Assembly (NCBI GenBank): GCA_008632985.1 | Contig: QPGO01000003.1 | Location: 744,001-808,000 of the forward strand | From: Psammoneis japonica | Taxonomy: Eukaryota | Direction of reading: 5' to 3' | DNA: 64,000 nucleotides | In this document: positions 1 through 13,307 of the stretch, one piece after another | Numbering within the stretch: position 1 is the stretch's first letter | How the letters are laid out: each line of letters opens with the position of its first letter | Made by a program: the position numbers and the translations under genes | Notes under the pieces: generated by a model | Databases searched by the model: none | What the model saw: the letters and a program-made list of their open reading frames with translations, nothing else | Told to the model about the DNA's origin: nothing

Positions 1-2150
1 AGACAGACAATGTTGCAGTGCATGAGGTGCTGACAATTGTGAACAACATGGTGAATTTTCACTTGCAACTTGGGTTGAGTTGCAGGTCTTGTGCTCACCT
101 TTTAGCTTCTGCACCCAGTTGACACAGTGACAGCAGTTGACAGCATTGGGGAAATGTGTTTGTGAGCCATGTGGTGAGTTTGGAGTTGGTGAGACCATGC
201 ACACACCTGTTGGCAAACTGACAAACTCCAACACAGAAGCTGAAAATTCAAAGCACAATGCTCAAAGAAGTGGCATTGTTCAAAGGCCAAGGATTGGAAG
301 TCATCAAGAATCAAAGAGCACACCAGGCTAGGAAGTTGTCAGGAATCCAAAGATGCACCTCATGTTGGCAGATTGTTGTAAACAAGCTGGCTGGATGAGG
401 GTGAAGAAACAATCTCTGGAGGGCCTTGCTGCAAATGAGCTGTCAAGAAGGGTCTGATGAAACAGGGTGTGGCAAAGTTGTGTTGGCATCAGTGAGACCA
501 AGTGTGCAACAGTCGGCAAGTCAAATGTTGGTCTGAAACAACATGGGCAAGGAGACAACTGAGTGCAGAACCACAAAAGATTTGAAGAGTGGGTGCATGA
601 CATCATTGCTGAACCAAGACTGCAGGCAGATGGTTGCACAGAAACTGCAAGGAAGATTGGTGAGTGTGCCGGAAGAATGTTCAGGCTGGAGATGCAGGTG
701 TTGGCATCTCTGCTGAGGCAGGAGAGTGCACCAAATGAGCCAGAGCATCTGTCAGGAGACAGCACATTGAAACAGGAAAAAGCAACCTGGTGCAAGCAAT
801 GTGATCACCATGCAAAACAGAATGCAACAACCTGCAAGACACAGAAGGCAAAGGCATTTGATGCAACCATGGGACAATGTGCAAAGGCCACCCACAACAA
901 GACTGCTGAAAGAGTGATGGAGTTCATGAGAGTCATGAAGGAGTGGGACATGGCAACACTGTTGGCAATTGCTTCTCAAGTCAATCTTGTTTGATGCAAA
1001 TTATGAGAAGATGTGTTTGCATGTCCAGGTGGTCAAAGCTTGGAGAAGCAGTTGGCACCAATTTGTCAAGATGAAGGAGAGGCACTTCAAGGTCAACACA
1101 ATTGGCTCACAAGCATTGTTGAGATGGCAGAAACATCCTGTGGCAGGATCATCTTAGAGGAAATCACCAAGACAGAAGATGGGTTCAGCAAGAATGCTGA
1201 CAACACCTGGAACAAAGAAAGAAACAAGTTGTCAGTGGCAATGCTGATGGAAGGCATCAAGGCACATTGGCACATCTTGAACAAAGACCTGCATTGGCAG
1301 TTTGCACTGGGGGCAGACAACAATTGTTCCAATTCAGCTGAGGAGGCACTGCAGGTGTTGAACACATGTGAGACTGACAAGAAGCCCAAGGGCACAAGTT
1401 TTGCACAGAACAAGAAGAAGCAGGTTAAATGCTGGAAATGTGGGTGAGGCTGGCCATGTGAAAAAGGGTTGCCCTGACAACAATGATGTGGGCCACAGAA
1501 ATTGGCAGAGCAGTTGAAGTGGTGTTGGGTGGCATGGTTTCCAAGTGTCATCCTCCTGTGCTGCTTGATGTGTGTGAGGTGAGTCAATTGACGGCTTGTG
1601 TGAAGGAGTGTGTTGGAAAACATTGGGATGGTGAGAGGCAGTTTTTGCAGGACAGACAGGTGGTGTTGCAGTGCAAGATGCACTGATGATTGTGGACAAT
1701 GTGGCAAATTTGCACTTGCAACTTGGGTTGAGTTGCGGGTCTTGTGCTCAATTTTTGGTTTCTGCACCTGGTTGACATGGGGCAATGGTGGCTGGCAGCA
1801 AATGTGTGTGTGAGCCATGTGGCCAGCTTGGAGTTAACAGGACCAAGCGCACACCTGTCAGCAAGTGCCATGAAACTCCAACAGGATCTTCTTGCTGCAT
1901 TTTGAATTTCTGGCAGCAGTGGCAACTGGAAACAAAGAAGCAGTGTTGGGGTGTGGGTGCGCGCAGAAAGAGGGGCAAGAGAAAAGGGCCAGGCTGCATC
2001 ACGCTGGATGAACTGCAGCACAAAATGAGATCAACTTTGTGTGGGCCACAAGATGTGAGAACATTGGATGGAGCACAGTCACAGTGAGGTGCTGTGCTCC
2101 TTTGATTTGTGCCATTTGACTGGAGTCTTGTCGTGTCACAATCCGAGCAC
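1..2150 (+). mobile_element. Degenerate LTR-retrotransposon relic with a gag zinc-knuckle remnant
   Basis: 1417-1475 reads KQVKCWKCG/EAGHVKKGCP (CX2CX4HX4C) across a 1-nt frameshift. An internal diverged direct repeat links ~3-230 and ~1652-1870. A related copy lies at ~11430-12660. The region is strongly CpG- and TpA-depleted. Confidence 0.65.
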
Positions 2151-2602
2151 GTGGGCAAGGTGGGTGCCCCCCAGGTGCTGCATGGCAGGCAGGCAGGTTA
2201 GGTGGGTGGGTACGGGCAGGCAGGTGGGCTGCTCTCTACTCTAGAGGCAGGTGGGACTCAACTGCCGGCAGCTGTGACAACAGAGGCAGGTTTTATGTAG
2301 GTGGGTGCGGGGCGGTCGGGTGCTGGGGCAGGTGCCGGCACTTGGCATGCCGGTGGGTTAGGTTAGGTTGAGGACATGATTGCCGTCTGGCCGTGGTACC
2401 GCATTTTATGTATCAGCGCGGCTATTCATATCTTTCATGTCTGAACACAATGAAATGTTACGAGGGAGTTTGAGTTTCTGTCAAATATAATTTTCCGGCT
2501 CGAGCGCCATGGCGACCGGCGTTTGAAAAGCAACTGCTTACACATACTGTATGCTAATCATCATCATTGTCTCTTCATAATAGTCTCTCTTTTTATTTTC
2601 TA

Positions 2603-5600
2603 ATGGATATCCAAGAAGAACGGGGAAGACCACGAAAAGCCTGGAAACAGACTCGCGATCGTTCTCGACGTGTTCGTTTCTGGGTCAAGCATTCGTTAAC
2701 ATCGCTTTCCCATACGGATGCCTTTGCTGCGGATGATCCTAGACGCCATGATGATCAATCTCTTCAAGAAAAGAATTCATTTGCTGATCTGGAAAGCAAC
2801 AGTAACAACAAAGAGAAGGAGAGCTTTCACGGAGAAGCTGCAACATGTAACAACATTGACGAGGCAATGGCCGCTTTGCATACGCTGCCGGATTGCGCCC
2901 ATACCGAAACAACAACGTGGCAAGACGCACCTCAGATACAAGCCGATTATGACTGGATTCTCGATGGTGACCCAGAATGGGCGGCTGAATTCGATAAGAG
3001 CCAGAAACTACAACAATCTCTGATGCAATTGGAATTGGAGGACCCGAATCTTCAACTAGACTTTGATGTACTGGGGAGACAAGAGAATCGGTTTGCTAAT
3101 TTTGATGACGATTATCCAAAGTCACAAGCTGTAGAACAGATCGATGGGGACAAACCTCAGCCAGAGATTGATGACAGCTTTGGGGACTTTGTTTCTGCAG
3201 ACGCTCATGAGGAGGAAGATGGGTTGACGACGCCACACAAAGGCAAGGCCGTAACAAAGACAGAGGAATCAAAGACACCAGAAAACTCTGAATCAAATAA
3301 TAATACAGCTGTAAAGGAACCGACAGAAACTAAAGCGAACATGCCGTGTACTCCTGTCACCAAGAAGATTGGTACGGAAGAGCAGGAAGAACCTCGATCC
3401 GTGCACAAGTTGTTTCCGCTTGCGGACGTTTCAAGCCCAGAAGGCCGCTTCACACGACGGTGGCAGCTCAAGACTCGTCAGTATGCTGATGATGTTGAAT
3501 CTGCGGATCATTCAGATGATGAAATGGAAGAGGAGTTGCCGCCAGAGTACTACACGGAAGATTTTGATGACACACTGGAACTGCTGCTCGATTTGCCTTG
3601 GGAGCATGTATCTTGTTGGCAAGAGGAAGAGAATGAAAATAGAGATATCAGTGTGGTTGACGAGCACGTGACACAACAGCTATCAAACCTCGATGCGCTG
3701 CATGCACGAGTTAGAACAAAGCTGCTTTGTAAGATTCAAACGAGAGAAGAATTGCTTCAGGCCGCAAACCAGCTTTTGCATGACGTGGATTACAGCTTGG
3801 AAATGGCTGTCATGTACGTGAAAAGGGGAAAAGAAGCGCTCAATATAGCTGAAGGGGATGAACAAGATTGCTCGGGTGTTCGAGGTGCCGCGACATTAAT
3901 TATGGACGCGGACCGACGAGATCAGTTGCGACAGGTGAATGGAGTCTTGGAGAAATGTCACAAATTGTTCGAGACAGAAAAGTCGATATTGGCAAGGATC
4001 GAATCGTTTGGCGTTGGACCCATGATGCAAGATATATCCGTGGCGCGGGAAGAGTATCGACAGGTGATTGAGTGCGCGGCTCAGTTACGAAGGGACGTTG
4101 ACCATGACGAAAGTCTTTCCAGGTTAGCTTGTTTGGATCCGCTTAGGGAGAGAGCTTGTACCGTGGTTGAGAGATTTCTTGATCAAATCAATAAGGCTTT
4201 GACTTTATTTATTGGTCGTTCATGTCAAGTTGTGGATGGCTTTTCGAGTTGCCAATACGAAACGCTACTTCGGGCCAAGCTTGATCTGAGCAAACGTCAC
4301 GCATCAGATAACGTGAATCGCGATGAATATGAGCCGGTCGATAGTCAGAGCTGGTCAAGCTGTATACTCGAATCTCTGTGCTATGAGGCAGACAAATCCT
4401 TGGCTCGTGCCTTGCTCGATCCAACACTGAGTGAGGAGGAATCCGGTGAATCAGCCTATGACAAGGAACTTATTCACTTGAGCTTTGAACTGAACAACGG
4501 GACCGGAGACTCGGCAAAGCTGCGTACCATGATGCACAATCTCGTAACCATCCGTTTCGACCTGGAAGCGAACCAGAATCACTTGCCTTGGGTATTTCAT
4601 AAGCTGTGCATGCTTCTTGCTGATGTCCTACACACTCACTACTTGCTCGTGCAATGGCATCAGACTCCATTTGATCAACGCAACAAAGATATGGCGTACC
4701 TACATCGACAAAGGGACAACGGAATACCAGAAGAAAAGAAAACCGACGATTGTGTGAGTGTCACTGGCGCGCCGAGGGACGTTACAAACAACTTTGCCGC
4801 CGATGAAACGGATGAATGCGTGCAAACAACCGCTAATCCACAGAGGTATTCAGCAGAATGGGTGGATGATGTTGCCAATGTCGAGCGAGAGCTCATGGAT
4901 ACCAAGCTTCCTCTTTGGAAACACTGCGAATCAGTGCTGACCACTTGCTTGGATCAATACCTGCATTTTGCAGCGAAGAAGAGTCTTTTCCAGGCTGGAG
5001 ACAGTCCTAAGGACGGAGACCAGGCCTGGGCTGAGGAGTTGGAGAGATTGCATGATGTACTGCGCCTAACCCAGCAATTTCTGTTATTAGGCCACGAATT
5101 TCTCGGGAGAAATTCCTCAGCTGAGGTGACTTCTTTAAAGTACGGAGGACACGAAAGTGAACTAAGGGAGAAATTATGTGATGTGTTTCGAAAGCACTTG
5201 CGAGTGGTTCATGTTGAAGCAATGAATTCTACCGGGGGGCTACTGTGCAATGAAGACTGGAAGCTGCTTCATGTTGACTACAGCAATGGAATGAAGGTAC
5301 ATGGAAATAATCCCGCTGCAGATGATGGCGGCAGCAAAAAGCTTGCAGTCAAAAAGGTAACTCATGGTTGGCTTGACGCTTTTCCCATCGCCTTTATGTA
5401 TCGTCCCTCAGAGGGTTTCTTCTTTCTTGACAAAGGTTGTAACAGGACTACTGGAAGGCTTTGCACCAGAGTTGAACAACAAGCAAAGGTGCTGGGATAA
5501 TCATTTTCACATGAAAGGATACATGTTTCTCCGGCATTTGCCAGAGTACGTGAATAGTGGGAACCCATTCACTGCTGCATCACATACAATTGGTGAAGAT

Positions 5601-7151
5601 GTTGTAAGATCCAGCTCTTCCCCTATCCGTGTCACCGAATTGGCAAGAATAGGAAACGGCTTGTCAGACAAGCAAGCACCGTTGGCGACTGATTCCTCAA
5701 CGACGTACGATGCAGATCTCTTTGACACGATATTCTCTCTCCTGGGCGCCGGTGACCGTGTATTCCCACCACTTGCGACTGAAAGCTCAGTACAAGGTCT
5801 CGCAAAGTGGAGCTGGCGACTCATAATGATCATGAAGAAGCTCCCCATCATTCTTGAGGACATCGCCGTCGTCTTTGCAAACATTTACGATCTCTATTTT
5901 ACCACTGTGTTTCGATTGTGCGCTGGTAATTCAGAGTACGAAAAGATCCTTCTTGGTGTGGAAGCACGGGCTTCTCATTTCGGTACATTGGGCGAAAGGG
6001 AACCAGCATCGGAACTCGCTTCTCCTAGAAACCCCAAGCGCCGTTCTACCTCTGGATCTGGCATTTTTAAACGATCCAGACGCCCGAGTCGGTCAAAGAC
6101 GCCTCCGCAAGTGTCCGCTACAGCGGAAGCTGACATTTGTGCTCCTTGCCAATCCATAAAGGAGCTGCGCGAGTTTATTCTACGTGGCCAATCGAGTCTA
6201 CAAGGCATTGTCAATCTCTCCAAGACTGAAGAATGGATGACGGACCCAACCATTTCGTCCACGGAGGTACAAGACAAGGACACAATGACTGCCATTTGTA
6301 CCGTCTTGCAGAAGCGAGAGGGTGCCGCATGGAGTTGTCTCTTTGTCGCAACGCTCTTGGAAACTTGTTGGTGCCAAGTACAAGAGACCCTTGTGCAGTC
6401 GCACCATCTAGACGGCATACTTGGGGGTACCGATACGGTAAATGACGCATTGATAGAGGCGCTGGCTCCCCTTGGGGCCTACACCAAGTCAGTCGTGACC
6501 ATTGCCCCGTCACTTTCTACTCTTGCCTCTCAGATTGCCAGCGCTCGAGCCGGATTAGTCAAGCCAGTCATTCAGGAAATCATTTCAGAATCATGTTGGG
6601 GCGAATCCGAGGTTCATGTTGACACGAATGACTATATCCATGAGCTGACCGACTGGTACACAACCCTGTGGCTCTTTTTGTCGTCCAATCATCGCTCGTC
6701 GTCATCGTGTTGTCCCAAGGTGTTGGATAAGACATGGAATCACCTAGTCCACGCCGCATACGGTTCCATTCTGGATGGCTTTTGCAGTGTCGTTGGTCAC
6801 GTGTCTAACTTTCCACCCGAAAGCATTGCTCTCATGAGTATGGATGTCGTTGCCTTTGAATCGAGCATGGCCGAGATTCACAAAAAATGCGACAGCGCCA
6901 CGTGCTTGCAGCGTTGGATCACGGCACTCTATCTACCCACCCAAGATTTGATGCAATGGGTTATCGAGAATCACCAAGATTATCATTTGCATCATGTCTT
7001 GGCGTTGGTTGCCAGTCATGTTGGAGATGATGGACCGAGTGATGAAGAAAGCAAGTTGATTTCTGAAATCAAGACGCTTTATGCCAACAACAGTGAAGCA
7101 GGCTCAAGCGAAAAACCGCTAGAGACTATTGAAAAACATAACACCTGCTAA
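2603..7151 (+). CDS. VPS50: Syndetin/VPS50-like EARP tethering-complex subunit; exons 2603-5356 and 5436-7151
   Basis: The 977-aa and 595-aa ORFs join in frame via a phase-0 GT..AG intron at 5357-5435. FRKHLRVVHVEAMNSTGGLLCNEDW and the C-terminal ILDGF..ESIALMSMD..WITALYLP..DLMQWVIENHQDY resemble syndetin. Confidence 0.75.
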
Positions 7152-7242
7152 CATAAGAATTGATATATTTGCAAAAAGACCAGTCGTGTAGTTGCACTAG
7201 TATCATTACGGATTCATACATGCGGCACACAAAAACGCATTC

Positions 7243-8380
7243 TTAGGGTGTAGATCGACAGGCGCGAAAGGGTACAGGCTTGGCCAATGTTTCCAAATCA
7301 CTCTCATCCATAACATCCAAGAGACTTGAGCTAACCTTGAGAATGCTGGGACAGGAAACAACGGTGGAATCATCGGGACTACCACACTCGTCATCTTCAG
7401 AAGACGCAGCGGGTAGAAAATCATCAAGAGGAGACGAGAGTACAACCGGAGACGAAAGAGGAGATGAAACATCGCGATCCAAAAGCTCATCCAAATCTTC
7501 CGTACCGTTATTGTGCAAGAGCGTCATGGCAACGGGATTTTCACATCCCCTACGTGAATCTTCACGTGTTGCTTGTGTAGATGATAATGTTGGTGATGTC
7601 GTCACCAAAAGACTTGAATCCAAACTTCCATCCAATTCTTCGGGTGGTGGTGTAGGAGGAGACCTACCGTGATGATGATGTATTATTTGATGACTCCTTG
7701 AAGACGCTGTTGACTTTAACAATTCTCGTGATGGAGTGTTTGCGGTTCCATCGTATCCGACTCTTCGGGGTGGCGGTTTCTTTTCCACCGTTTTTGGTTT
7801 TCGGGGTTCCACGCGGACTGCGCCAGTTGCTAGCATTCTGAAAAAAACAGGAAAAGAAAAACAGCATGGTGTAAGTAATACTTCTAAACAACATGTATCA
7901 TAACTTTTGCTTTGAAAAAACACGATATTCCTACCGTTTTGGTGTTTTAGGAACAAGTCTTAAAGCTCCTGTTTCCAGATGCGGTCGTTGCTTGGGTGTT
8001 AGATTTAGTTTTTGCAGCCTCGATGAGGGCGTTCGTATGGATGGCAGAGGAAATTCAGCTCGATTCGACAAGCCTCGTCCTGCTGCTTGTGGTTCCCGCG
8101 AGGGTGTGATTGGAGTAGTAGTTGCTGTCTGATGACTGACGTTTTCCTTATTCAATGGTTGCTTTTTTTGTTTTGACGTTGTTTGTATTGGAGCTACGTC
8201 TTGTCTTGAGCTGAAAATATTGTTCAGAGAAGTTTGAAAAGAAAAATCAGAACACCATACTATAGGTATGCAGTGCCATAAAAACAGTAAGTAAAATCCC
8301 ACGTACCGAGACTCTGTTTCACTCGAATCAGAGGATCCTTCTATAGCAGTATGGGCATCATCTCTTCTTGTAGTCGACAT
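7243..8380 (-). CDS. Hypothetical Ser/Pro/Thr-rich protein, 3 exons (~8380-8306, ~8211-7935, 7837-7243)
   Basis: Overlapping minus-strand ORFs are joined by GT-AG introns; intron 7934-7838 preserves frame (PKR|MLATG). Composition is normal genic. Confidence 0.55.
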
Positions 8381-9238
8381 CTTCACACGGATGGTATGAT
8401 TATTGAACAATACACAGGTACCTCTCGACAACGATATGCTGTGGAACCTTTCTGAAAATCCCGGATCAAGCCACAAAAAACAACACACAATTCCCCAATC
8501 TCAGAGACACCAATCAATTGTTTTCCCCAAGTCTCTAGCTTCTTTCATCCACAACAACAGCAACTCCCCTCCCCACACACAAAAATGACGCGGTCCAGCA
8601 AAGGACAGCGGCTGTAGAGTTTGCCTTCGTGGTGAACCACAAAAAACCGCGCAAAAAACGGCGGCTATCGGCTTTCAAGCTCTCATTCAAAAACCGTTGG
8701 CGTATGTTGGATAAAACGAACACTGCCGCCGCTGAATATTGAATATTCAAAATGAAATGTTAGATAGGTGTTATAACATTTATTTACTAACGAATACAAA
8801 TGTATACACAGGAAAATTGCAAGGGCTAGCGTGACATAATATTCAATCTTCAACTTGAATAGACAATAAAATTTGAAAACAAGAGCTCGAAAAGAGCTCG
8901 CGAATATTTCGAACAATTATGATTAGCTCGATTACAACCAAACACAAGCGTGACAGCCGATGTTGAAGTGATGACGTGGATAGCTGTTATTATTTATCTA
9001 TGACGTAATGAGATCTATTTTTCCTTTAATTGTGATTTCCGTTGGAATCCTCTTATCTTTTTATAAAGCTGTATGTGTGTCAATGTTTCATATTTTTGAA
9101 AGAAGGCGAATTCCTTCTTCAGAAAATACAATATAGGAAGCTACTAATATCATTTATTGAGAGCCAGTCGCGCAACAGAATGGTTTCGGCATTCGTCACA
9201 GTTTTCAGTACGCGGCTGCAGTGAAAAGACGCAGTGGC

Positions 9239-10088
9239 AATGACGACAAGTAGTACTACTACCGGTCAGATGGACACCGACATGGCGTCTCCACCACCAC
9301 CCCGATCATTGACAAGTGATGACTACCAACGTCGCTCTTGGGTTGTAGCCATGGATAAGAATCGTCGCGAGCGTTGTGAGGAAGCAAAGCACAACATGTC
9401 TGCAACAGAAGATTATGCTCAACCATTTCCAAATCAACTACCAGACAACGCTCATGAGGGAGGACAACTACTTCACGCTGTGAATCTACGTCCTCAACGA
9501 CGCGATTCTACTTTATGCTGTGTCGTATGTAGCTTAACGGTATGCATATGCTCGGAAGAACAACAAGAAGCAATGTCTCCGAGCTTTATTTTGGAAGCAC
9601 CGAGCGGAGGATCGAACGCCGGTGTTCTTCGCAGTACCCTTCAACCTCGTGAAACGACGATTATTCATCCATCTCAGGGCGACGCGTTAACGTCACCCTC
9701 TCCACCAGTCGATTCCTCTACCAAGACGACGGATCCTCCCCTGGCACTACCTGCACTGTTACCCATCAAGACACCCGACTTTTCACGTCCCAAGATTTCA
9801 AGTGCAATCATGAATCAACTCGTCAAGAATCAAACAGAAGAGGAGGCAAAACAACAACAAGCACAAGACAACCTACATAGTAGCATTGCACCACCTCCTT
9901 TGCTACCGATTGATACTCCCGATTTTTTACGTCCCACCGTGGGATTGTCCCGAAGCAACGTGGACTCTCTAAACTCGTCCTTGACGCTTTTGCAAGACAT
10001 GCCGGCCGCGCCGCCACCTTTTGAAGAAGTCGTGCTCATGACTCCTCCAACCATGGGACCAGGGAATAATAATTCATCATCTGCTTAG
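9239..10088 (+). CDS. Hypothetical Pro-rich protein with an internal repeat (LLPIKTPDF / LLPIDTPDF)
   Basis: 284-aa ORF with genic composition and no recognisable domain. It may contain an intron. Confidence 0.45.
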
Positions 10089-10399
10089 AGAGTACTACAA
10101 TAGTAATAATGTTCTAATAGAGAGAATTTGGGATCTTTTTGTGAATTATGTTTATTTCTATAGAAGCATGCCACAGCCCCAACATGTTGGCAGCCCAAGT
10201 CGTCACCCGACTCACTGCTCCTGCTCGGCAACCTGTGGAAACGCTACAGTTTACAGGCACATGTTAGTGGGTGCAGAGGACGGAAAAAGCGAGTCTCTAC
10301 ATCAGCTTGCTTTCTCTCCATCTTGAGCAATAAAAACGGAAACACAGTCCAGATCTCATGGGCCAGTTCACGGTCCCGAGTTGGACTGGCTTCTGGCCG

Positions 10400-13074
10400 A
10401 CCCACGGTTCCATGCTGCTGCAATGGCAAGGTGGAGGGGGGAATGGCGTCTGCAAATCTGCATTGGAGAATGATGGAGATGAGTTTTTTTTAGCACAGCC
10501 TGTTTTGAGCAAGATGGGCATCACTTTGGCCTCCTCACACGTCACTTTGTGGCCTCCTCACATCCCTCCAACAAAAGATCAATCAAATTGGTGAGATGCC
10601 CTTTTGTCTGGTTGTTTCAAAAAAGGGATGAACCATGTGTTTCTCCACCCAAAAGACCAACACAAGAACCGTGGCTGGCAGAATCATCACAGCAAACCAA
10701 TGGCGAGTGAAAATTTGTGTGCCCAGCAGCCCAGGGATGCTTGCCAGATGTGAGAGTCTTGCTGTGAGCATGCCAAAGTTCTTTTTGCCCTGGTGTGGCA
10801 CCCAGCAGGTGACATCATTAAAAATGCAGTGTGCCCCATTTGTTGGAAGCACCCCATGTTGCAAAACTCAGAAGTCAACACCAACTTCATGTTTCTCTCA
10901 TCTTTTGCTGGAGGGGTGGACACCACTTGCTTGACATCATGGTGGCAAACATTGTCACATTCTTTTTGCTCATTGTTGCAGCTGCAGAAAATTTGGTGGC
11001 AAGAGCTCAAGATGTTTTGCAAGCTCCCACCAAAAGCCCAATTTTGGACTGTTGGAGTTCTTTGAGACACAGTGCAGCCACCAACTTCAGGAACATGATG
11101 GGCAGCTCTTTGAATCCATTGCAGGGGGGGGGCACTTGTGGCCATGGATCTGGTGTTGATGTGCTTTTCATGTCCTGGTTCAATTTTGACAGCACATGGG
11201 TGTGTGCAGTGTCAATGTTCCCCCCCCTGCAGAGAGCAAATGGCAGCATGTTCATTGCACACAATCAACAGGCTTCAAGCTGCATGGCAACTCATGATTT
11301 TTGGCATTTCATGGTCTGCCAGCATGGTCAGGGATCATGTGAGGCTTTGGTCAAAAATCTTGCAAAAATCAAAAAAAAATTGGAATTTGCACCCACAACT
11401 TGCGGGTCAACATCTTGCGGATGACCTTGCTGGCACAGCCCACAGTGGTCCCAGAAATGTGGGCAAGGACACAGCTGAGTGTGGAAGCACAAAAGATTTA
11501 AACAAGCAGGTGCACAACACCATTGCTGAGTTGGGACAACAGGCAGCAGATGGTCACACAGAAACCACAAGGAACATTGGTGAGCATGCCGGAAGAATGT
11601 TCAAACCAGATGCAGCAAGCAGGTGCTCTGGCATCTCTGAGTCAGGAGAGCTTGCCAAAAGAGCCAGAGCATCCATCAGGAGATGCCGCCTTGGGGAGAA
11701 GGACAATGCAATCTTGTGCAAGCAATGTGACCCCCACGCAAAACAGAGCGGGATCTGCAAGATGCAGAAGGCAAAAAGGCATTTGACGCAATTGCAGTCA
11801 CACAGGACAACATGCAAAGGCCATTCAACACAAGAATCAAGGAGTGATGGAGTTCACAAGAGTTGTGAAGGAGTGGGAAGTGGTGACGTGGCTGTTGGAA
11901 ATTGTCAAGTTGACATCTTGTTCAATGCAAGTGAGAAGATGTGCCTGCATGTCCAGGCAGCCAAGGCTTGGAAGCAGTTTGCATGACTCATTGTTTGTTG
12001 AGATGAAGGAGAGGTGCTTCAAGACCATCATTGAGGTGGTGGAGCACCCTGTGGCAGGATCACCCCAAAAGAAATCTCACCAACAAGAAAGAAGATGGGT
12101 CACCAGCTGGGATGCTGATGACACCCAGAACAGAGAAAGAAACAAGTTGTCAGTGGCGGTGCCAATGGAAGACACCTGGGAACATTGGCACTTCTTGAAA
12201 GACCTGCACTGGCAGTTTGCACTTGGGGGGGCAATTGTCCCTGTTTTTTTTTTTGGCTGAGGAGGTGCCCCAGATGTTGAACAAATGATGCGGGGCCAAC
12301 AAGAAGCCTGGGGGCACAAATTTTGTGCTGAACGAGAAGAAGCAAGTCAAATGCTGGAAATGTGGTGAGGTTGGGCATGTGAAAAAGCGTCTTCCTGACA
12401 ACAGTTGCTTGTTGGCAGAGTTGGATGATGCGGGCTGCAGGAATTGGCGGAGCAGTCGAGGCAGTGTTGGGTGGCATGGTTTTCAAATTTCTCATCCTCC
12501 TGTGCTGCTGCTTGATGTGTGTGAGGCCAATCAGTTGGCAGCTCATGCAGGGTCAGAGAGCATTGGGGATGTGTTTGCAATTTGCAAGCCTTGTGGGGAG
12601 TTCAGAGTTGGTGAGACCAAATGCATGCTGGCCGGCAAGCCGCAAAATTCCAACAGTCATCAGCCCACAACAGCTTCCAACAAGGTTCAGATTGTTGTCC
12701 AATCTCTGGAGCCAACTGCTCAAGGCATTGCCCTGGCATTGATGTGTTCTTTGTGTCCTGCTTCAGTTTTGATGTGGAAGCATGGCATCAATTCTTCCTT
12801 GGACAGCTGTGTGGCTTTTGAAGAGCTGCTGCAGCCAGGCCCCGATGCCACAACAAACACTTTGTTGTCCACATTGTTTTCCCTCTCTTTTTGAAGTGCA
12901 GATTGTGTGGGGTGCAACACAGAGGCAAGTGATGATTGACAATGTTGTTTTCTGTGGTGTTGTGGAGTTGCTGGTTGTGGACAGAGCAAAACTGCGGCAC
13001 TCATTGTGAGCGCTGCTTGCCTTCCTGCGGCTAAACGCTGGGCAGTTTTGAGTCCTGAGCACTGTGCAATGCCC
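10400..13074. mobile_element. Degenerate TE relics, including a second copy of the gag-knuckle element (~11430-12660, + strand)
   Basis: KKQVKCWKCGEVGHVKK at ~12337-12390. Collinear similarity to ~500-1600 (e.g. RNKLSVA, KDLHWQFALG). CpG/TpA depletion. Confidence 0.6.
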
Positions 13075-13307
13075 GCATGCACCACATGAGCCAGGCCACT
13101 GAAGGGACATTACAGCTGAATAACTCGACTAAAACATTTTTTTGCGCGCTCGTCCGCCGTCCCACAATCCTCGTGCTTTTTGCACGAGAAAAAATGACAT
13201 CCACCATGGCAAGAAAATCGTTAGCATTGAAAATCGAGCAGGAATCTCATCTGGAGAGTCTTTTCACACCACATTGGGAGCATGTGGTACGGACATTTTT
13301 TTTCACA

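Noticed and set aside
2350..2372. Telomere
   Set aside because: There are only 2-3 TTAGG-like units, internal to the sequence.
8585..9170. ncRNA or MITE in the AT-rich divergent intergenic region
   Set aside because: No convincing TIR/TSD or RNA-gene motif was found; it is likely ordinary promoter sequence.
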